From: Trichlorobacter lovleyi SZ | Lineage (GTDB): Bacteria > Desulfobacterota > Desulfuromonadia > Geobacterales > Pseudopelobacteraceae | Length of the DNA stretch: 32,000 nucleotides | NCBI RefSeq assembly: GCF_000020385.1 | Contig: NC_010814.1 | Span: 300,001 to 332,000, forward strand | Direction: 5' to 3' | In this document: positions 7,349 through 17,316 of the stretch, one piece after another | Layout: each line of letters starts with the position of its first letter | How positions within the stretch are numbered: position 1 is the first letter of the stretch | Notes under the pieces: generated by a model | The model's input: only the letters and a program-made list of their open reading frames with translations | Database searches by the model: none | Told to the model about the DNA's origin: nothing | Translations under genes and position numbers: made by a program

Positions 7349-8851
7349 ATGAACGTTGGGATATGGATAAGGGTATCAACAGAAGACCAGGCGCGGGGAG
7401 AATCGCCAAAGAATCATGAAGCCCGTGCTCGAATGTATGCAGAACTCAAGAGATGGAACATAGTAGACTTGTATGACCTGTCAGGCGTTTCAGGCAAGGA
7501 TGTCCTTGACAATCCCGAAGCCAAGAGAATGCTTGATGACGTAGCCGCTGGTCGAATACAGGCTCTTATCTTCTCAAAACTTGCTCGCCTTGCCCGCAAC
7601 ACCAAACAACTCCTAGAAATCTCCGACTACTTCCAAAAGCACGACGCTGCACTCGTAAGCCTTGAAGAGAGTATTGACACGTCCTCTCCTGCCGGCAGAC
7701 TCCTCTATACCGTTATCGGCGCATTGGCTCAGTGGGAGCGTGAGGAGATCTCTGCCCGTGTCGCAGCATCAATTCCTATCAGGGCAAAGTTGGGAAAGAA
7801 TACTGGTGGAAAGGGGGCCTTCGGTTATCACTGGATTGATGGAAAGATCGTTCCCAATCCGGATGAAGCTCCAGTCGTCAAAAGGGCATACCAAATATTC
7901 CTTGAAACCGGCAAGTTGCTCACAACCTGTAATCAACTCAAAGATGAAGGGCTCTATTCAAGGAGCAAGAAGGTTTACAGGCCGACATCTCTCAAGCGGC
8001 TTCTCTCGGATACAATCTACAAGGGCATACGCAGAGCCAACTACGCAAAGAGTCTTGGTAACAAGAAGAATTGGGTGCTGAAACCGGAGTCAGATTGGGT
8101 TTATACCAATGTGCAACCGCTGGTGTCGGAAGAGGACTGGGACGCAGCGAATAAAATCTTTGAGGAGACTGCTCGACGATACACATCATTCAAGTCGGTT
8201 CCAAAGGTTGGAAGGTTTTTGTTTTCAGGAATATTGAAATGCCAGTGCGGAGAAAAACTGTACGTTGCTCCATATCCGTCGATGAAGATTCCCCGTTATG
8301 CTTGCAAGAAATGTGGAATGAGAATCAACGAGGACATCATCGAGGAGAACTTCCAGAATGCCTTGAAGGAGGTGGTTGTCGCACCTGAACAGCTTGGTGC
8401 CAACGAAGATCTGGAAAATGAATTGGTGGAAAAGCAGGAGAGGCTTGAACTGCTGAAGAAAGAGCAGAAGGAAGTAAACGGGAAAGTTGATGTTTTAATC
8501 GACTTGTACGGTAAGCAGGTTCTTGATCAAAACGGGTTCAAAGAAAGATATGATCCGATCAAGATCAGGCTTGACAACATTACCTTGGAGATCCCCCGTC
8601 TGCAGGCAGAGATTGATTTCATCAAAACAAATGAGATTGGCAAGTCGTATGTAATCGAGAGAGCAACTACGCTGGCGTCACTGTGGCCATCGTTGAGTTA
8701 TGAGGCTAGGCAGCAAGTCGTGAAAGAACTTGTCGAGAGGATTGATGTCGGCGAGGATTCCCTTCATTTTGTTTTCTTTTATATCCCTTCGTTCGCGCCA
8801 GTAGAGAAAGGTTCACACATCTCCAGGGATTCATGGCTGTCACCAACATGA
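7349..8851 (+). CDS. Large serine recombinase (integrase)
   Basis: Resolvase catalytic domain [12 protein letters not shown]...[13 protein letters not shown], a recombinase domain, a zinc-ribbon-like CQCGEKLY...YACKKCG, and a coiled-coil C-terminal region. Start taken at ATG 7349 ([10 protein letters not shown]). The last ~9 codons and the stop lie in comM-derived DNA. Confidence 0.9.
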   Translation: MNVGIWIRVSTEDQARGESPKNHEARARMYAELKRWNIVDLYDLSGVSGKDVLDNPEAKRMLDDVAAGRIQALIFSKLARLARNTKQLLEISDYFQKHDAALVSLEESIDTSSPAGRLLYTVIGALAQWEREEISARVAASIPIRAKLGKNTGGKGAFGYHWIDGKIVPNPDEAPVVKRAYQIFLETGKLLTTCNQLKDEGLYSRSKKVYRPTSLKRLLSDTIYKGIRRANYAKSLGNKKNWVLKPESDWVYTNVQPLVSEEDWDAANKIFEETARRYTSFKSVPKVGRFLFSGILKCQCGEKLYVAPYPSMKIPRYACKKCGMRINEDIIEENFQNALKEVVVAPEQLGANEDLENELVEKQERLELLKKEQKEVNGKVDVLIDLYGKQVLDQNGFKERYDPIKIRLDNITLEIPRLQAEIDFIKTNEIGKSYVIERATTLASLWPSLSYEARQQVVKELVERIDVGEDSLHFVFFYIPSFAPVEKGSHISRDSWLSPT

Positions 8852-9878
8852 AGCGGGAGGGGTAGGTCAGGGATTGCAAGGCCCGTGAGATGGTGACGCG
8901 CCCGTCTTCCAACGGCTGACGCAGTACCTCAAGGGCGTTTTTCTTAAACTCCGGCAGTTCATCAAGAAACAGCAGGCCGTTGTGGGCCAGTGAGACTTCA
9001 CCAGGCTTGGGCGAAGTGCCGCCGCCAATCAGCCCTACATCAGAGATGGTGTGATGTGGGGCACGAAACGGACGCTGTGTCACCAAGGCAGTGCCGTTTT
9101 CCAGCATACCGCTGACACTGAAGACTGCGGTGGTTTCCAGTGCTTCGTCAAAACCCAGGGCAGGAAGTATTGACGGGATTCGACGGGCCAGCATGGTCTT
9201 GCCTGAGCCGGGTGGACCGATCATAAGGAGGTTGTGCGATCCAGCAGCAGCCACCTCAATGGCACGTTTGGCGTGGTCCTGCCCCCGTACCTCACAGAAA
9301 TCCTCACCATGCTCATCTTTCAGACTGAAAAGCTGCTGCAGATCAACCTGCTTGGGTGGTATTGCTGCTTCTCCTCGCAGGAACTGGACAACCTCTGCCA
9401 GGGTGCGGGCCGGCAGCACATCAACCCCTTCCACCACAGCTGCTTCCGATCCATTTTCAAGTGGCAGGATCAGACCGGCAAGCCCTGCCTTGCGGGCCGC
9501 GACTGCTACCGGCAGTGCGCCGCGCACCGGCTTCAGGCTGCCGTCAAGGGAGAGTTCGCCCAGCAGGATATAGCGGTTGACGCGATCACCGGTGATGGTA
9601 CCGGTGGCGGTCAGGATACCGATCGAGATCGGCAGGTCAAAGGCAGAGCCTTCTTTTTTCAGGTCTGCCGGCGCCAGGTTGGCGGTGATCCGGCGGGGCG
9701 GGAAGTCATAGCCGCTGTTCTTCAAGGCAGCCTTGACCCGGTCCTTGCTTTCCTTGACTGCACCGTCAGGCAGGCCGACAGTGGAAAACTGCGGCAGACC
9801 CTGGGCAATATCCACCTCTACATCGACCAGAATGGCGTCAATTCCGACAACGGTGGCACTCAGGACCTTGGCCAGCAT
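8824..9878 (-). pseudogene. comM: comM/yifB (Mg-chelatase-like AAA+ protein), 5' fragment interrupted by the element
   Basis: N-terminal Lon-like domain. Walker [14 protein letters not shown] and Walker [11 protein letters not shown]. Homology-like sequence stops after FMLVTAMNP, where CPCG is expected. The remaining 42 codons of ORF 8706..9878 read antisense through the recombinase gene. Confidence 0.85.
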
Positions 9879-9879
9879 T

Positions 9880-10683
9880 TCAGGCTTCCTTCAGCATGAT
9901 GAAGCCCATCTGCCGTCCTGTCTCACCGTCATCCCGCCGGTAGGAAAAGAACAGCTCTTTTTGGCAGCAGACACAGTTACCGGAGGTCTGGATGGAGCCG
10001 GGAACAAGCCCTGCATCCTCCAGCTGCATCCGGTTTGCCAGGGCCAGGTCAAGCCGCCATTTGCCATTGCCGGCAGGTTCTGCCACAGCGTTCCAGAGCT
10101 CAGCTTGATTCTTGAACCCATCCTTGACCGGTTGGTCCACTTCATAGCAACAGGGGTTGATACAGGGACCGATTGCAGCCTGTATATCTCTGGGGCGGCT
10201 GCCGAACACCTGTTTCATTCCTTCAGCGGCCTGGGCGGCAATCCGGGCCGCTGTGCCCTGCCAGCCGGCATGGACCGCGGCAATCACCTTCTTGGCCGGA
10301 TCAAACAACAGGAGCGGCACGCAGTCTGCCACGGTGACCCCGATCATTACGCCGGGCTGGTTGGTGATGATGGCGTCAGCCTCAAGGGCGGTAAAGTGCG
10401 AAAAATCATCGTTGGGCGCGTCAATAACCAGGATGTCGGTGCCATGGTTTTGGCGCACCGTGACCAGGCGTTCCTGTGGGATGCCAAAGGCCCGGGCCAG
10501 CAGGCTGCGGTTGCCCTCCACGTTGTGGGGCGAGTCATCGGTGTTCATGCCCAGATTCAGTGAGTTGTAGGGAGGACGTGAGATCCCTTCGTGGCGGGTT
10601 GTGAAGCCCTGAATCGTTGCCGGTGCTGTCGTTTCAAAGCTGGGCGCAAGATAGTGAATGCGTCCGATGCGGGTTGTTTCCAT
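9880..10683 (-). CDS. pgeF: YfiH/PgeF family (DUF152) peptidoglycan-editing/laccase-domain protein
   Basis: Family-typical motifs [25 protein letters not shown] and CCYEV. ATG 10683 has AAAGGAA upstream. The stop lies 1 nt from the comM ATG. Confidence 0.85.
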   Translation of the reverse strand: METTRIGRIHYLAPSFETTAPATIQGFTTRHEGISRPPYNSLNLGMNTDDSPHNVEGNRSLLARAFGIPQERLVTVRQNHGTDILVIDAPNDDFSHFTALEADAIITNQPGVMIGVTVADCVPLLLFDPAKKVIAAVHAGWQGTAARIAAQAAEGMKQVFGSRPRDIQAAIGPCINPCCYEVDQPVKDGFKNQAELWNAVAEPAGNGKWRLDLALANRMQLEDAGLVPGSIQTSGNCVCCQKELFFSYRRDDGETGRQMGFIMLKEA

Positions 10684-10700
10684 TTGAATTCCTTTGCCTT

Positions 10701-11321
10701 TCAAGGCTTATTACGGTTTAATGTCTGCCGGCGGCGCTGCCACCAGATATAGCCTGCCACCAGTCCACAGCTTGCCAGAATGACCCAGGCCAGGGCACGG
10801 TGGGACCAGGCCATGACCAGCTCCTGATTCTGGCCGATGGCGTAGCCGATCCAGGTCAGGATGCTGCACCAGATGCCGGCTCCCAGCAGGGTGTAGAGGG
10901 TAAAACGCAGATGATTCATGCCGGCTACGCCGGCAGGAATTGAAATGAGATGCCTGATAACCGGCAGCAAGCGGCCGATAAAGGTGGATATCTCGCCGTG
11001 GCGCAGAAAAAAAGACTCAACGCGCTCAAACTTGTCCGGCGGGATCAGGACATAACGGCCATATTTAAGGATCAGGGGGCGTCCCAGATAATGGGCGGCA
11101 TAGTAATTGGCGTAGGCCCCGGCCAGACTGCCAAAGGTGCCGGCCAGGATTGCCGGCAGCCATGCCATCCTCCCCTGGTGGATCAAATAGCCTGCCGGCG
11201 GCATCACCAACTCACTGGGGACAGGGATGATGGAGCTTTCCATCGCCATCAGCAGAAAAATGCCGGGATACCCCAAGTGGCCGACGGTTTCCAGCAGCCA
11301 GCTGATTAGTTCGTGAATCAT
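10701..11321 (-). CDS. DedA-family inner membrane protein
   Basis: Multi-pass membrane protein with the DedA-type segment FFLRHGEISTFIGRLLPVIRHLISIPAG. Confidence 0.85.
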   Translation of the reverse strand: MIHELISWLLETVGHLGYPGIFLLMAMESSIIPVPSELVMPPAGYLIHQGRMAWLPAILAGTFGSLAGAYANYYAAHYLGRPLILKYGRYVLIPPDKFERVESFFLRHGEISTFIGRLLPVIRHLISIPAGVAGMNHLRFTLYTLLGAGIWCSILTWIGYAIGQNQELVMAWSHRALAWVILASCGLVAGYIWWQRRRQTLNRNKP

Positions 11322-11405
11322 GAAAGTCCTTTACCGGGCAAAATGCCCCTCCTTATACCTTAAAAAGCTGGGCGATACAACCGCCCCCATGAAAGGAATC
11401 TGCTC

Positions 11406-11843
11406 ATGAGTATCAGATTTTGTGTGTTACTGCTGCTGCTACCGGTGCTGTTTGGGGGCTGTGCGTCGTTCCGCGCTAAAAACCGTCAGGACGCCTGTGA
11501 AAAGATGATCAAGGATTACAACCGGATGATCCGTTGGCAGGAGGCTGAAAAAGCAGGTATCGCCTTTGTTGATGCAAAGCAGCGCCCAAGCTTTGACAAG
11601 GGGGCCGAAGCGTTGCGCCGTCGTGGCGTTACGGTGGCAGATTACCGTATCCTGGCTAAGGAGTGTCTGGTTGAAAAGAAGAAGGCCGAGTCCACGGTTG
11701 AATTTGATTACTTTGTCATGCCTAATAACCGCTTGAAGACGGTGACGGATCATCAGAGCTGGATCTTTATTGAAGAGAATCCCGCAGAGCCCGAGCTGAA
11801 GGAAGGCTGGCGGCTTGTCTCTCCCCTGCCCGAGTTCAAGTAG
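11406..11843 (+). CDS. Putative lipoprotein, function unknown
   Basis: Signal peptide plus lipobox [15 protein letters not shown] gaaagga upstream. Confidence 0.6.
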
Positions 11844-11851
11844 GGCACCTG

Positions 11852-12805
11852 ATGGATGAGCTGGCGCACCAGGTGGCACGGTTTCTTGAGTTTCTGGCAA
11901 CGCAACGGAGTGCCTCGCCCCATACCATTGCTGCCTACCGTAATGATCTGAACGGGTTCAGCTCCTTTGTCCGGAGCGAGCGTGGCAACACGGTAAGTAC
12001 GAAGACGGTTGACCATCTGCTGCTGCGCCTCTATCTGGCGAGCCTGAATGGTGGTCTGGACAAACAGCAACGGGCCGGGTACGCAAAGAGCAGTATCGGA
12101 CGTAAGCTGGCGGCAGTCAGGGCGTTCTTTGGCTGGCTGGTGCGGACCAGGCAGCTTGAGGTCAACCCGGCAGAGCTGATTGCCACACCCAAGCGGGAAC
12201 AACGCCTTCCCTTTCATCTGAATATTGATCAGACCGTCACGCTGATCGAGGCCCCTGGCCATACTGGGCAGGAACAGCCAACTTTTGCCCGGGATACGGC
12301 CATTCTTGAGTTGCTCTATTCAAGCGGTCTGAGGGTCTCGGAGCTGACCGGACTGGCGGTTGCTGATCTTGATCGTGCCGCTGGAATGGTCAGGGTGCAG
12401 GGAAAGGGCGGTAAGGAGCGGATTGTGCCGGTCGGATCAGCTGCCTTGGAGGCGCTGGAGCAGTATCTTGCCGGGCGTGGCCAGCTGGCGGATGATGCCC
12501 CGCTCTTCCTCGGCTGTCGTGGCGCCCGGATCAACCGGCGTACGGTTGCACAGCTGGTAAAACGCTGGGCTTCAGGCATTCCTGCCTTTCGCTCGATTTC
12601 GCCTCATACCCTGCGCCATACCTTTGCCACACATATGCTGGAAGGGGGGGCTGACCTGCGCTCAATTCAGGAGCTGCTGGGGCATTCCTCCCTCTCCACA
12701 ACCCAGAAGTATACCCATGTCGGGCTTGATCGCCTGCTGGAGGTCTATGACAAGGCCCATCCCCGTGCCCGCGAGACAGACCAACAAAACGGGGAGAGTG
12801 CCTGA
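11852..12805 (+). CDS. xerC: Tyrosine recombinase, XerC/XerD family
   Basis: N-terminal SAM-like domain ([23 protein letters not shown]). C-terminal catalytic box [39 protein letters not shown]. Confidence 0.85.
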
Positions 12806-12844
12806 CGCGCTCTCCCCGTACCATCCTGTCTGTCGATCTTCCGG

Positions 12845-13519
12845 TTATGCCAGTTCGATGGTGACCCTGGCCCCTTCTTCAACCTTCAACTTGCGCTCGA
12901 TGCCGGGGCCGATCACCAATGCATTTTCATACTGCATCTCAACATCATTGATGATCATGACCGGGAAGACACCCCCGCCGCCTGCCTCGGTGCTTATCTT
13001 CATCTTCTTGCTGGTCTTGCCGAAGAAATCACTGATATGTTTGGCTGTTGCCTGGCTGACAGCCACCATGCCCAGTTGGTCAAAGCTGCTGCTGACGTCA
13101 CCCTGTTGCAGGTGGGCGATCCGCAGGGCCATCCCGTCATGACCGCTGGCAGCAACGGGTTCGGCAGCAGGCGTCGCACCCGGCTTGGGCAGCATCTGCT
13201 CAAGTTTGCGTAGCGCCAGATTCAAGGTGATGGTGACCATGGACATGTTCACATTTTTTGAACAGAGGACGCTGATATAGGCGCCGGTAAGCGGCCGTAC
13301 CATCAGCCTTCCTTCTGAAAAGCGGAGATCCATTGCCACCAGGTTTTGGGGGATCTGGAGTGCGTGCAGGCAGTCAAGGACCGTCCCGGCAGCGGTGGAA
13401 AGATGTTTTTCATCAAGTATCAACGGGCAGGCTGCCGCAAGGATTTTTCCCTGCTCATTGTACAGTGAAGTGCCGATCACGCCGTCAATAGCGGTTATCT
13501 GTTGCAGGATAGTCTGCAT
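12845..13519 (-). CDS. Roadblock/LC7 (MglB-like) domain protein with an uncharacterised C-terminal domain
   Basis: N-terminal ~110 aa fit the Roadblock pattern (ITAIDGVIGTSLYNEQGKILAA...LVAMDLRFSEGRLMVRPL...YISVLC). The C-terminal 90 aa are unassigned. Confidence 0.6.
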   Translation of the reverse strand: MQTILQQITAIDGVIGTSLYNEQGKILAAACPLILDEKHLSTAAGTVLDCLHALQIPQNLVAMDLRFSEGRLMVRPLTGAYISVLCSKNVNMSMVTITLNLALRKLEQMLPKPGATPAAEPVAASGHDGMALRIAHLQQGDVSSSFDQLGMVAVSQATAKHISDFFGKTSKKMKISTEAGGGGVFPVMIINDVEMQYENALVIGPGIERKLKVEEGARVTIELA

Positions 13520-13525
13520 GAATCC

Positions 13526-14266
13526 TTACCTCCCCGGCACCAATGCGGCTCTGATTTCTGCTTCCACAGCATCCAGTTTGTTGCCGGTTGCAACGGCGAT
13601 ACCCAGATAGTGCTGCTTTGAATCATACATCAACAGGTCAAAGTGCTGGGTCTGAACAGCAGCGGATTTTAGCTCTCCCAGCCCGAGGAAATCACCCAGC
13701 TTGTTGCCGGATTGCGCCAGAAACAGTGCCTTTGCTGCCAGGGCCTCGGCCTCCATGCTGTCGTCCTGCACCGGGTGTCCCTGCTTGTCTAGCAGCACGG
13801 CATAGGTCACCGCGTCGATCTGCATAACCCTGGCTGCTGCAGCACTCATGGTGCGCTGGGGGCTTGCCGGATCAACCGGCCTTGGCTCTTTGCGGCGTTC
13901 GCTGGTCTCGATCACATCGGCGAACGATTCCTCTGGCATGTTGTTCTCTTCATCCATTCTGCGGTGTGCTTCCAGCAGCAGGAAGTTAAGGCTGCAGTGG
14001 ATGGTGCAGACGTTGGTGGTCATTTCAGGAGCGAGGCTGAAGTTGCCGCCGGGCCACTTGAGGATTTCGTAGATCGCATCCTCACCGCTGAATGAGGCCT
14101 GCTCGGCATGGATGATCTCACCGTCTACAAAATAGATTGCACCGCGATGATCCAGGTGTTCTACGGTGATGCAGCCTGAATACCTGTTGTGTCCCTTGAT
14201 CTGGATGACGTCGGCGAGCGAAAGACCGGCAATCTCACCCTGGAAGCCGCTGACTGCTTCTGCCAT
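13526..14266 (-). CDS. DUF4388-domain protein with a C-terminal Roadblock/LC7-like region
   Basis: N-terminus GEIAGLSLADVIQIKGHNRYSGCITVEHLDHRGAIYFVDGEIIHA...GEDAIYEILKWPGGNF is typical of DUF4388. The C-terminus (VTYAVLLDKQGHPV...LKSAAVQTQHFDLLMY) is Roadblock-like. Confidence 0.65.
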   Translation of the reverse strand: MAEAVSGFQGEIAGLSLADVIQIKGHNRYSGCITVEHLDHRGAIYFVDGEIIHAEQASFSGEDAIYEILKWPGGNFSLAPEMTTNVCTIHCSLNFLLLEAHRRMDEENNMPEESFADVIETSERRKEPRPVDPASPQRTMSAAAARVMQIDAVTYAVLLDKQGHPVQDDSMEAEALAAKALFLAQSGNKLGDFLGLGELKSAAVQTQHFDLLMYDSKQHYLGIAVATGNKLDAVEAEIRAALVPGR

Positions 14267-14349
14267 GAATGAACTCCCGCGTGGAATGATGCCCTGGATA
14301 GAAGAGCGGATATCTCGAAAAAGGGATCTTACGCACTTTATTGCCTAAG

Positions 14350-15425
14350 TGTCAGGTCCCGGATGATTCCATCGCCAGGAAAAGCTTTTCATTGTTCCTG
14401 GCTCGCGATATGCTCTTTGACATCATCTGCGGTGAAATCTGAGGAGCCTGATATGACAATTCGGTTGCACGCCAACGCGACGACAACACCCAGGATTCGG
14501 CGCTACATTCAACAATCGAGCAAGACGGACAAAGGGCTGGCCAAGGAGCTGGGCATTTCCCTTGATACCGTACGGCGGTGGCGCAAACGCAGTGAGGTAC
14601 ATGATCACTCTCATACGCCGCACCGGCTCCCCACGACCCTAAACGAGGCCCAGGAAGCGGTGGTGATCGAGCTGCGCCGTTCCCTGCTGCTGCCCTTGGA
14701 TGACCTTCTGGTCGTCACCCGCGAATTCATCCATCCCGAGGCCTCGCGTTCGGCCCTGGACCGCCTCTTGCGTCGTCATGGTGTGTCTCGGCTGGCGGAT
14801 CTTATCCCCAAGGAGGATGAGACTCAAGCCAAGCCCAAGACCTTCAAGAGCTATGAACCCGGCTTTGTTCATGTCGATATCAAATATCTGCCGCAAATGC
14901 CGGACGAGACCTCGCGTCGGTACCTGTTCGTCGCCATCGACCGGGCCAGCCGCTGGGTGTATCTGGAGTTGCGCAAAAGCAAATCGGCCCAGGCGGCAAA
15001 AGGCTTTCTGGAGCGCTTGGTCGCCAAAGCTCCCTTTAAGATCCACAAGATGCTGACCGATAACGACAAAGCCTTTACCGACCGATTCAGCACAGCAGGT
15101 GAACGCAAGCCCACGGGGAACCACCTCTTTGACAAGGCCTGCTTGAAACACAACATTGAGCACCGCCTCATTCCCCCACGACACCCTCAGACCAACGGGA
15201 TGGTGGAGCGTTTCAACGGTCGGATCAGCGACGTATTGGCGACCACGCGGTTTGATTCAGCCGCAGACTTGGAGGCGACCATGCTCAGGTATGCTCACCT
15301 CTATAACCAGCACATTCCGCAACGAGCGCTCGGCCACAAAACCCCGGTAGAGGCCCTGAAGAGCTGGCAAAAATCAAAACCCGATCTTTTCCACAAACAA
15401 GTCAGGAATCATCCGGGACCTAACA
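14350..15425 (+). mobile_element. IS481-family insertion sequence, 1076 bp, complete
   Basis: Terminal inverted repeats tgtcaggtcccggatgattcc (14350-14370) and ggaatcatccgggacctaaca (15405-15425) match 20/21. Flanked by a 6-bp direct duplication cctaag (14344-14349 and 15426-15431). Confidence 0.85.
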
Positions 15426-15430
15426 CCTAA
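14453..15430 (+). CDS. IS481-family DDE transposase
   Basis: N-terminal HTH (LAKELGISLDTVRRWRKR). rve-type core VHVDIKYL...LTDNDKAFT...HPQTNGMVERFN. ATG 14453 has GAGGAG upstream. The stop codon (15428-15430) lies in the flanking target duplication. Confidence 0.9.
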   Translation: MTIRLHANATTTPRIRRYIQQSSKTDKGLAKELGISLDTVRRWRKRSEVHDHSHTPHRLPTTLNEAQEAVVIELRRSLLLPLDDLLVVTREFIHPEASRSALDRLLRRHGVSRLADLIPKEDETQAKPKTFKSYEPGFVHVDIKYLPQMPDETSRRYLFVAIDRASRWVYLELRKSKSAQAAKGFLERLVAKAPFKIHKMLTDNDKAFTDRFSTAGERKPTGNHLFDKACLKHNIEHRLIPPRHPQTNGMVERFNGRISDVLATTRFDSAADLEATMLRYAHLYNQHIPQRALGHKTPVEALKSWQKSKPDLFHKQVRNHPGPNT

Positions 15431-15471
15431 GCGCAAGAATGAATTTGATGGTGAAAAAGGTCTCCTGGAAA

Positions 15472-15500
15472 TAAAAAACCCCGCCGGTGACCCGGCGGGG
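15472..15500 (-). terminator. Rho-independent terminator of the CoA-transferase gene
   Basis: Minus strand: ccccgccgg gtca ccggcgggg followed by ttttttat, 25 nt after the stop at 15525. Confidence 0.7.
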
Positions 15501-15524
15501 TGTGCGCTACGTAACAGAATTCGA

Positions 15525-17120
15525 CTACTCGCAGAGGTCGATCTTGACGTCCCAGTTCTTGAGTTTCATGGTGCCGTTCTTCTCAAGGTTGAGGTGCATC
15601 TTGAAGGCGCGATCCCACAGTTGCGGCTCGTGACCAACCTTACGCTTGAGGCAGTCTGCCTCGGCAATGTTCAGGTACTCGGTCAACTGAGCCTTGTAGT
15701 CCGGGTGGGCGCACTTCTCGATGATGCGACGGGCGCGCTCTTTCGGAGCTACACCACGCAGGTCGGCCAGACCCTGCTCGGTGATGACGCAGTCCAGGTC
15801 GTGCTCGGTGTGGTCGATGTGTGAGCAGTGTGGTACCACGCAGGAGATACCGGTCGGGTCGGTCTTGCTTGGGCGGCTGGAAGGGGTATGCATCATCTTC
15901 AGGAAGCCGTTACGCAGGAAGTCACCGGAACCGCCCAAGCCGTTGATCATCCGGGTGCCGCCAACCAGGGTGGAGTTGGCGTGTGCATAGATGTCGATCT
16001 CAACCGGGGTGTTCATGGCGATACAACCCAGACGGCGGATCGGCTCCGGAGCGTTGGAGATGGAGAGCGGACGCAGGGTGATCTTGTCGAAATACTTGTC
16101 CATGTTGGCAAAGAAACGGGGGAAGCCCGGATCAGCGGACAGTGACAGGGAGCAGGAAGAAGCGGCGTCCAGTTTGCCGGAGTCAAACAGGTCAAGCATG
16201 GTGTCCTGCAGTACTTCGGTGTAGACGGTCAGGTTCTTGAAAGGACCTTTTGCCAGGCCACCGATAACAGCGTTGGCGATGGAGCCCACGCCGGATTGGA
16301 TCGGCAGCAGGTTCTTGGGCAGACGGCCAGCCTTCACTTCATGGGTGAAGAAGTCGATGATGTGGTTTGCAATCGCCTCGGAGGTGTCGTCCTGCTCGGC
16401 AAAGGCACGGCCCTGGTCACGCAGCTTGGACTCAACCACTGCAATCACCTTGCTTGGATCGCAGGGGATGGAGATGGAGCCGATACGTGAGTCGGCACGG
16501 GTAATGTTGAATACCTGACGGTTCGGCGGGGTCAGGGGGGTCAACAGGTCATGGATGCCTTTGAAGGAAGGCTGTCCGGTGTTTACCTCGATGATGATCT
16601 TGTCGCAGATCATCAGGATCTCAGGGATAACGCCGCAGGAAGAGGTCGGTACCAGGCTGCCGTCTTCCAGGATCTCGGAAACCTCGATGATGGCCAGGTC
16701 CAGTTTACCGGTCTCGGTATCCTTGGTGTAGAAGCCGTAGCCCAGGTCCTGGGCAAACAGGGAGAGGTGCTTGTCGCCCATCCGGATGCGGCCGGCGTTG
16801 ATACCGGCGGCAATGTCCTTGCCGGTCTGATACGGCCAGCGGCGGTCGATCATGTCGTTGATTGCCCAGCGGTTTTCAGTCTCTGCACCGACCGAAGCGC
16901 CGATGAACAGGTTGAATTTCAGTTTGCCTTGCAGGTTGTTTTTTTCAACATGCTCAGCCAGGGCGATAGGTACCACTTTGGGGTATCCGGCCGGAGTAAA
17001 GCCTGACCAGCCAAGGTTCATGCCGTCTTTGAAGTACTCAATGCACTGCTCTGGGGTCTTTACCTTGTCCAGCAGTGATTTGCACTGAACGCGGTCTTGC
17101 AAAGTTCCGTACTCTGACAT
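15525..17120 (-). CDS. Acetyl-CoA hydrolase/transferase family enzyme (succinyl-CoA:acetate CoA-transferase type)
   Basis: ~530 aa with family-typical segments such as GASVGAE, GGSGDF and a conserved C-terminal domain. Start set to ATG 17120 ([10 protein letters not shown]) behind GGAGG. Confidence 0.85.
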   Translation of the reverse strand: MSEYGTLQDRVQCKSLLDKVKTPEQCIEYFKDGMNLGWSGFTPAGYPKVVPIALAEHVEKNNLQGKLKFNLFIGASVGAETENRWAINDMIDRRWPYQTGKDIAAGINAGRIRMGDKHLSLFAQDLGYGFYTKDTETGKLDLAIIEVSEILEDGSLVPTSSCGVIPEILMICDKIIIEVNTGQPSFKGIHDLLTPLTPPNRQVFNITRADSRIGSISIPCDPSKVIAVVESKLRDQGRAFAEQDDTSEAIANHIIDFFTHEVKAGRLPKNLLPIQSGVGSIANAVIGGLAKGPFKNLTVYTEVLQDTMLDLFDSGKLDAASSCSLSLSADPGFPRFFANMDKYFDKITLRPLSISNAPEPIRRLGCIAMNTPVEIDIYAHANSTLVGGTRMINGLGGSGDFLRNGFLKMMHTPSSRPSKTDPTGISCVVPHCSHIDHTEHDLDCVITEQGLADLRGVAPKERARRIIEKCAHPDYKAQLTEYLNIAEADCLKRKVGHEPQLWDRAFKMHLNLEKNGTMKLKNWDVKIDLCE

Positions 17121-17316
17121 CTTACTACCTCCTGTTTTGTTTTTGTGTCTACACAGCGTCGAAGCATACACGCAACGGCGAATAAAGCTAAAAAAACATG
17201 CGCAAAAACAGAGTGTTGAAAAAAACTTAACTGACTTACGCTAAAGTAGAACCGGATTTTACTTAAGCGAGTTCCCAGAGTCAAGGCAATTTATTCGGTT
17301 TTTCGCATGACGGTTG

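Larger units (their letters stand above)
1..8823. mobile_element. Integrated plasmid-like/temperate element (partial; continues beyond the left window edge), inserted in comM
   Basis: Contiguous block of plasmid/phage modules: hipBA, parMR-like, sigma factor, TrfA-like rep with iterons, CI/Cro-like pair, large serine recombinase. It ends where the comM reading frame stops matching the expected AMNPCPCG continuation (~8824). Visibly more A+T-rich than the flanking core DNA (judged by eye, not computed). Confidence 0.7.

Noticed and set aside
8706-8823. C-terminal 40 codons of the 390-aa ORF 8706..9878 as genuine ComM sequence.
   Set aside because: The sequence after AMNP ([14 protein letters not shown]...) has no ComM character and is antisense to the recombinase gene. 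It is read-through into the inserted element.
11852-12805. XerC-like recombinase as part of a mobile element.
   Set aside because: It has core-like composition, housekeeping neighbours and no flanking repeats, and its domain layout matches the chromosomal dimer-resolution Xer proteins.
12781-12808. Hairpin ggggagag-N11-ctctcccc at the xerC stop, considered as a terminator.
   Set aside because: The loop is long, there is no U-tract on either strand, and it overlaps the coding end. Too weak to call.
14639-15184. 181-aa minus-strand ORF inside the IS481 element.
   Set aside because: It is antisense to the intact transposase gene, and no known IS481 family member encodes such a protein. It is a compositional artefact.
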